Below, piece after piece: positions 45,801 to 46,907 of a stretch of DNA of 46,907 bases (the stretch's first letter is position 1; each line of letters opens with the position of its first letter). Location of the stretch: IMG/VR virus record IMGVR_UViG_3300048575_000380, positions 1 through 46,907 of that record. One strand, 5' to 3'. This DNA is from a virus. Its lineage: Duplodnaviria; Caudoviricetes. A program made the position numbers and the translations under genes. The notes beneath the pieces were generated by a model. It was not told the origin of the DNA, ran no database searches, and worked only from the letters and a program-made list of their open reading frames with translations.

Positions 45801-46677
45801 CAAGGACACCTTCTGGCACGTGAAGGTGGGCGGCGTTCACCTCCGCATCCCGAAGCCCTTCGAGCTGGGCGTGCTGTTCGCCACGCTGCCGGAGCGGATC
45901 GCCCGCGGCGTCTTGGGCTACGACTCGGCCAAGAAGACGATCTCGCGCGTCTACTCCAACGTGCGCGACCAGCTCTCCATCAACCCGATGCCGCAGGCCA
46001 TCCGGCCGGCCACAGAGGCCTGGGCCAACTGGGACAGCTTCCGCGGCCGGCCGATCGAGAACATGGCCGACGAGGGCCTAAGCCCGCACGCCCGGTTCGA
46101 TGCGCGGACCTCCGACACCATGCGCGTGCTCGCCAACGCGGCCCCGTCGGTGACGGACTGGGCTGGCCTGAGCCCGAAGAAGCTGGAGTTCCTGATCAAC
46201 GGCTACTTCGGCACGGTCGGCATGTACGCGATGGGGGTCTCCGACGCCATGGTGCGCTCGATCGAGGGCCGGCCAGCGCGGCCCGCCTGGCGCATGGACG
46301 ACATCCCGGTGATCCGCGCCTTCTACGCCGAGGACCCGCCCAAGGCCACCGTCTTCGAGAGCGACATCTACCAGATGCGCGGCGAGGTCGAGAAGATCAT
46401 GAAGGAGTTCAGGAAGGGCGCGCAGAGCCGCATCCCGTCCGAGCAGCAGGCCGCCAAGGACCTGCTGACCAAGGAGAGCGACAAGATCAAAGCCTACGGC
46501 ATCGTGGTCGGCGTCGCCAAGCAGGTCTCGAGCATCAACAAGCGGATCAGCGACATCTACCTGGACCCGAACCTCGACGCCGGCCAGAAGCGGGTGGAGG
46601 TGGACAAGCTGCTGACGAAGAAGGCCGCCATCGCGCAGCAGGCGGCGCAGAACCCATCGGTGCGTGCCGTGTTCTAG
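36826..46677 (+). CDS. Giant polyvalent (DarB-like) protein, 3283 aa: SF2 helicase, N6-adenine MTase, metallopeptidase, LPD3-like, ART-like and LPD38-like domains
   Basis: GTGTGKT, DEAH, LSATP, QQEGRIYR; LEPSAGHG and MNPPF; HEVYGH; QWVQVRTPAFKAWFGDW; MFHGT...IFLTD...QVKSAVGNRGTFD; PDWDKDTFW...IPKPFELG. Confidence 0.9.
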   Translation: MASFTACLKKVSLDPADKAEVMARARRHRADGVAPSEAAKRAVRDLIIELRGVQREAKLAASPAASPAPSPAAPTERRHPSTVMGSRLLAVVSRRLGGLDPAWLSEFSTRFETARKGKDGRPVVQWRNPMVPGIGKLFRQGGTQDLQRIAEVMEEEGFLSPGTVDADAKAAGEQAKALIQKALNREEVKSLDEQAAEAQTAQDAERQAYYEGLDAEAAREAEAEREAIMAESEAKVDGIDHLADDDMVPWELAEPSSLQQTADFLGITIEELRREQGLQGPLRQDEQAAAGGGESDRAHAGRAAQPPPEARSAAPQRGPEDGQEARGLTLEAQTPADLEAKAEREAAGTAAEQARRKVDQQRLQRQADERDTRARVDQTVGDFQLGQSAEQQLSGTNDLFEAKPNTIFTEDAAEKARAILRRKLGQINSGIDPELVQAGITLAGYHIERGARSFAAYARAMLADMGELVRPYLKSWYMAAKYDPRLSGMEGTSGAAEVEAADINTIPAQNAAQETPDVPGAHPDLERDRQNAGTGNAAVEGAVPGEEPAGGASAAGGRDGSSGRGRPDDQGVSDGGTVLPREPGDQPVHRADRADGPAEFPARTGDGHRSDDPGFERPATGPRPTGQAAQPAAGLPNEERAAAQRAAERIAPVAGDLANIRATLPYLLPGQQEDVHKAETRHLLPGGYGYLLTNGTGTGKTFSGLGTIKRFQREGKTDTLIVVPDEKIMADWVASGLPMGLTITPLKDTKDGGAGITITTYANLGQNLELARRKWDLIVPDEAHQLMQGADGEGTLAIDALRAISMHPRGSITRFRMLHHDELQRQRILNERLEGNTRILNNPDTMDQVLADVRAENAKLDAELTALADKLAAARKAVQAEVEAAQGAGRTRVLALSATPFAYEKTIDWAEGYLFSYGEPSTEGRSYNRGDAREQFFVQHFGYRMRNNKLTEPDAGVDRGLMQRQFNTWLKREGALSGRMLEVDADYDRRFVMVDSAVGNQIDQAIEFINDQRKAFDEAQPKDQQAPNGWAFLVGDLNEALYGKLGHLTRRYLLEAIKAKEVIPHIREHLALGRKVVVFHDFKKGGAVNPFAFAERTLPPRGQTEMGPEDYAKAQADVAAHNEAVRAFRERFPDLAGGDLLNELIPPVERFKREFPDVLLINGDEKKADLLARYQRFQSDEAGPTIALVQSDKNKGWSGHDTTGKHQRVLFNLGLPTQPTKTIQQEGRIYRTGQVSNAMFRYLNTGTNWERWAFAQTIAERASAAENLGMGESARALKDAYIAAFEESGDFRAGHEGEGTGGKARDALANNALTDYDRAKSFYFGTQKKDARTKAQEGKDYFATPEPLGLKMAEWADVRAGEDALEPSAGHGAIARWLPETASRTAIEPSNALGSRLALVFDGKIVRGEFEGHNVVNKYDAIVMNPPFGTGGKTAIEHLEKAATHLRDGGRIVALIPTGPAADKRFEQWFHGEQERPVKPLGIVTLDGRQTPIYKGDTVTSRAAWAPEGVVTGWRDGAPLVKASAPEFRGAGASLVAEPAILSVQPTGTRTEKFSATEGLHLVADIKLPAVTFERAGTKVATRVVVIEKPGRDRQAPQQVNRDLSDIDTIGGLFDALEPMTLAPRAKPAQPVAARVEKVPERAQAQAASADLAHQQGIKLVEHTTAKGKLLKGVIRKNLTRQQAEQVDPYTFRKDGGFFIRAEHLPKLQEQFPADQPLLSRAADAARGMPAQDLRRMVDRVSAGWRDGGPTVTVVTTVQDLPPAIVNALRSKNALGNTRGLRLPDGRVYLVADRFNSMAEAQAVLFHEVYGHEGLRAFLGDEYITTMALLRAANPKLRGEAEAWFRDNGRDEIAARVARGMSQKEAEAVVRAIAVEEALSDRAGDNPPPNAWKTLMSRLQAALRKRGLGWIADKLESMTEAETHAVLMGARRAIDKQQGDLPGWLQDGLLRSTDPNTPADTVRAFRDTERAYGGRAAHAQALAAGRTRLPYSQWVQVRTPAFKAWFGDWEAARAQDRLDAMAPVALALPEHLRGASLVQLRDAVKARLDAMADANTTAHHPVLGEVGFSKGNNKKAVSTSATPEKLQAAHEIVSVIESGIHAASALSTAPNEAPHGVTYHTLATKVEAFGREFVALVTVKQTPNGQRFYNNIAVQPANEKAPAAYPGDRAPGDVGSAAAFAGADGSVLPAMRRVNPETVSKATDPATGEPRVMFHGTGADFDRFKGKQAEAIFLTDEPIFAQAYADTSAKWMQHREQDGAARIMPMFASAKSPFDYQNAKHRARVIEIALAQNGGKNGAGETVIANDDGTPSLWSAPVIESGLTEPAGDGNWLLVEQPWMQDAIKAAGFDAFYVSESGFKNLALYESAQVKSAVGNRGTFDPNEASILLSRKPPADPVLASAMRKAGINGRPTLRGKVSRFLTRWRDLTRDRKALADEVRQGTLDQFYGIQRAVRSELGNLPMEQDPYITARLANGGASSVMRGLLLHGQAKWAANGQHLEKIDGTQGLLDILKPLGDDLDHFFGWMVGNRAARLKAEGRENNLSDAEIKALQALATPERLAKFQQAAQQYAQFKRSVLDVAQEAGLIDPEGRKAWDHADYIPFYREIDAKAVFSPTGHKGLAGQSSGIRTLKGGESMLNDPMENLLMNFSRLIDASLKNNAIRKTIYALENQSDLVERVGYDMAPALVPRSQVETMLRKAGTPEAVLQAMPADVFDGIGKMWAIRAPSDPDVVRVMMGGKPVFFRVHDPLLLRSLTSFVPYDFPMSSVFRGARRLLTAMVTSTPEFMARNWIRDSLAAQAITNTPFNPLESVKGIWKAYKENQAYEAMLFAGASFQSGNVNAGDPQGTAVGMRRALRERGFDASSIDSFMGSIIDNTARGWEKYREVGEAVENANRNAIYEAAVGSGKSATAAAFEAKDLMDFNLRGDWAGYQILADVLPFFNARVQGLYRLGRADPKRLMAVGMLMTAATAMLALANAGEDWYERLPDWDKDTFWHVKVGGVHLRIPKPFELGVLFATLPERIARGVLGYDSAKKTISRVYSNVRDQLSINPMPQAIRPATEAWANWDSFRGRPIENMADEGLSPHARFDARTSDTMRVLANAAPSVTDWAGLSPKKLEFLINGYFGTVGMYAMGVSDAMVRSIEGRPARPAWRMDDIPVIRAFYAEDPPKATVFESDIYQMRGEVEKIMKEFRKGAQSRIPSEQQAAKDLLTKESDKIKAYGIVVGVAKQVSSINKRISDIYLDPNLDAGQKRVEVDKLLTKKAAIAQQAAQNPSVRAVF
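37646..37810 (+). CDS. Nested +1-frame gene (54 aa, basic, helical) inside the giant gene
   Basis: GAGGA before the GTG; 52 of 54 codons end in G/C; host frame is A/T-ending there. Confidence 0.7.
   Translation: MNKDYKDRFAKMSKPQQEVVKAIARMPVEQRSRLLKLEALRRNVDLKTGKKHED
38375..38785 (+). CDS. Nested +1-frame gene (136 aa) inside the giant gene
   Basis: AGGAGA 6 nt before the ATG; globular-looking MYQVPTPIWNEIART...; GC3-rich, while the host frame is a G/R/P/D-rich linker. Confidence 0.78.
   Translation: MYQVPTPIWNEIARTQELATPLWKALFPAKNLQAALQPLEAEMAAAGADDRTIRAFLMVAPCYHENLAISRFIEQTGRTDLRSSLPELATATEATTLASSDLRLDHAQQDKLRNLLLAYRTKSAPPPNEPPSESPR
43298..43390 (-). ncRNA. Candidate small antisense RNA embedded in the giant gene
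   Basis: Perfect 9-bp inverted repeat 43306-14/43365-73 enclosing a hairpin at 43316-45; on the minus strand it is preceded by CACACT (43381-86) and followed by TTTCT. Confidence 0.45.
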
Positions 46678-46907
46678 CCCTGGAGTGCGCGGCCGATGGC
46701 CTGCCAGATGAACTGCACGATCACCATGCCGGCGCCGATGGCGCCCAGGATGATCATGAAGGCGATGAAGCCTTCGTCACTGCGCAGGCCCGAGCGGTCG
46801 TAGACCCAGCAGCCGGCCAGGATCAGCAGCAGGCCCAGGGCGATGCCGGGCGTTGCCAGCAGCAGCACGCCTGGGATGAAGAGGGCGAGGGAGAGGGCCA
46901 GGCGCAT
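46674..46907 (-). CDS. Small multi-pass membrane protein (77 aa), convergent with the giant gene
   Basis: 2-3 hydrophobic segments; stop codons overlap in CTAG; the start lies at the window edge. Confidence 0.65.
   Translation of the reverse strand: MRLALSLALFIPGVLLLATPGIALGLLLILAGCWVYDRSGLRSDEGFIAFMIILGAIGAGMVIVQFIWQAIGRALQG

Larger units (their letters stand above)
1..46907 (+). mobile_element. Partial podovirus-type phage/prophage genome (F116/933W-like gene order)
   Basis: Contiguous recombination, lysis, packaging, head, short-tail and giant injected-protein genes, many coupled by ATGA/TGATG overlaps. No tape-measure or sheath gene and no host housekeeping genes. Confidence 0.93.

Overview
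This is a high-GC, almost entirely + strand part of a tailed-phage or prophage genome. Gene order and capsid/portal type resemble F116/933W-like podoviruses; a betaproteobacterial host is an inference. Order: early genes with a RecE-like exonuclease and a putative recombinase (1-5.1 kb); a structured intergenic RNA with terminator; a lysis cassette (holin, GH24 endolysin, i-/o-spanins); terS-terL-portal-scaffold-major capsid; adaptors; a tail region whose nozzle gene appears split by a three-gene fibre cassette; ejection-like proteins; and two large polyvalent proteins (1012 aa and 3283 aa) separated by a 7.2-kb accessory cassette. The strongest unexplained signal is three small genes nested in the +1 frame of the linkers of the two polyvalent genes, each with an SD-like site and near-perfect GC3 codon bias, plus a candidate antisense RNA inside the giant gene. 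I saw no integrase, repressor, replication gene, tRNA, CRISPR array or reverse transcriptase. Family names are recalled from motifs, not from database searches.
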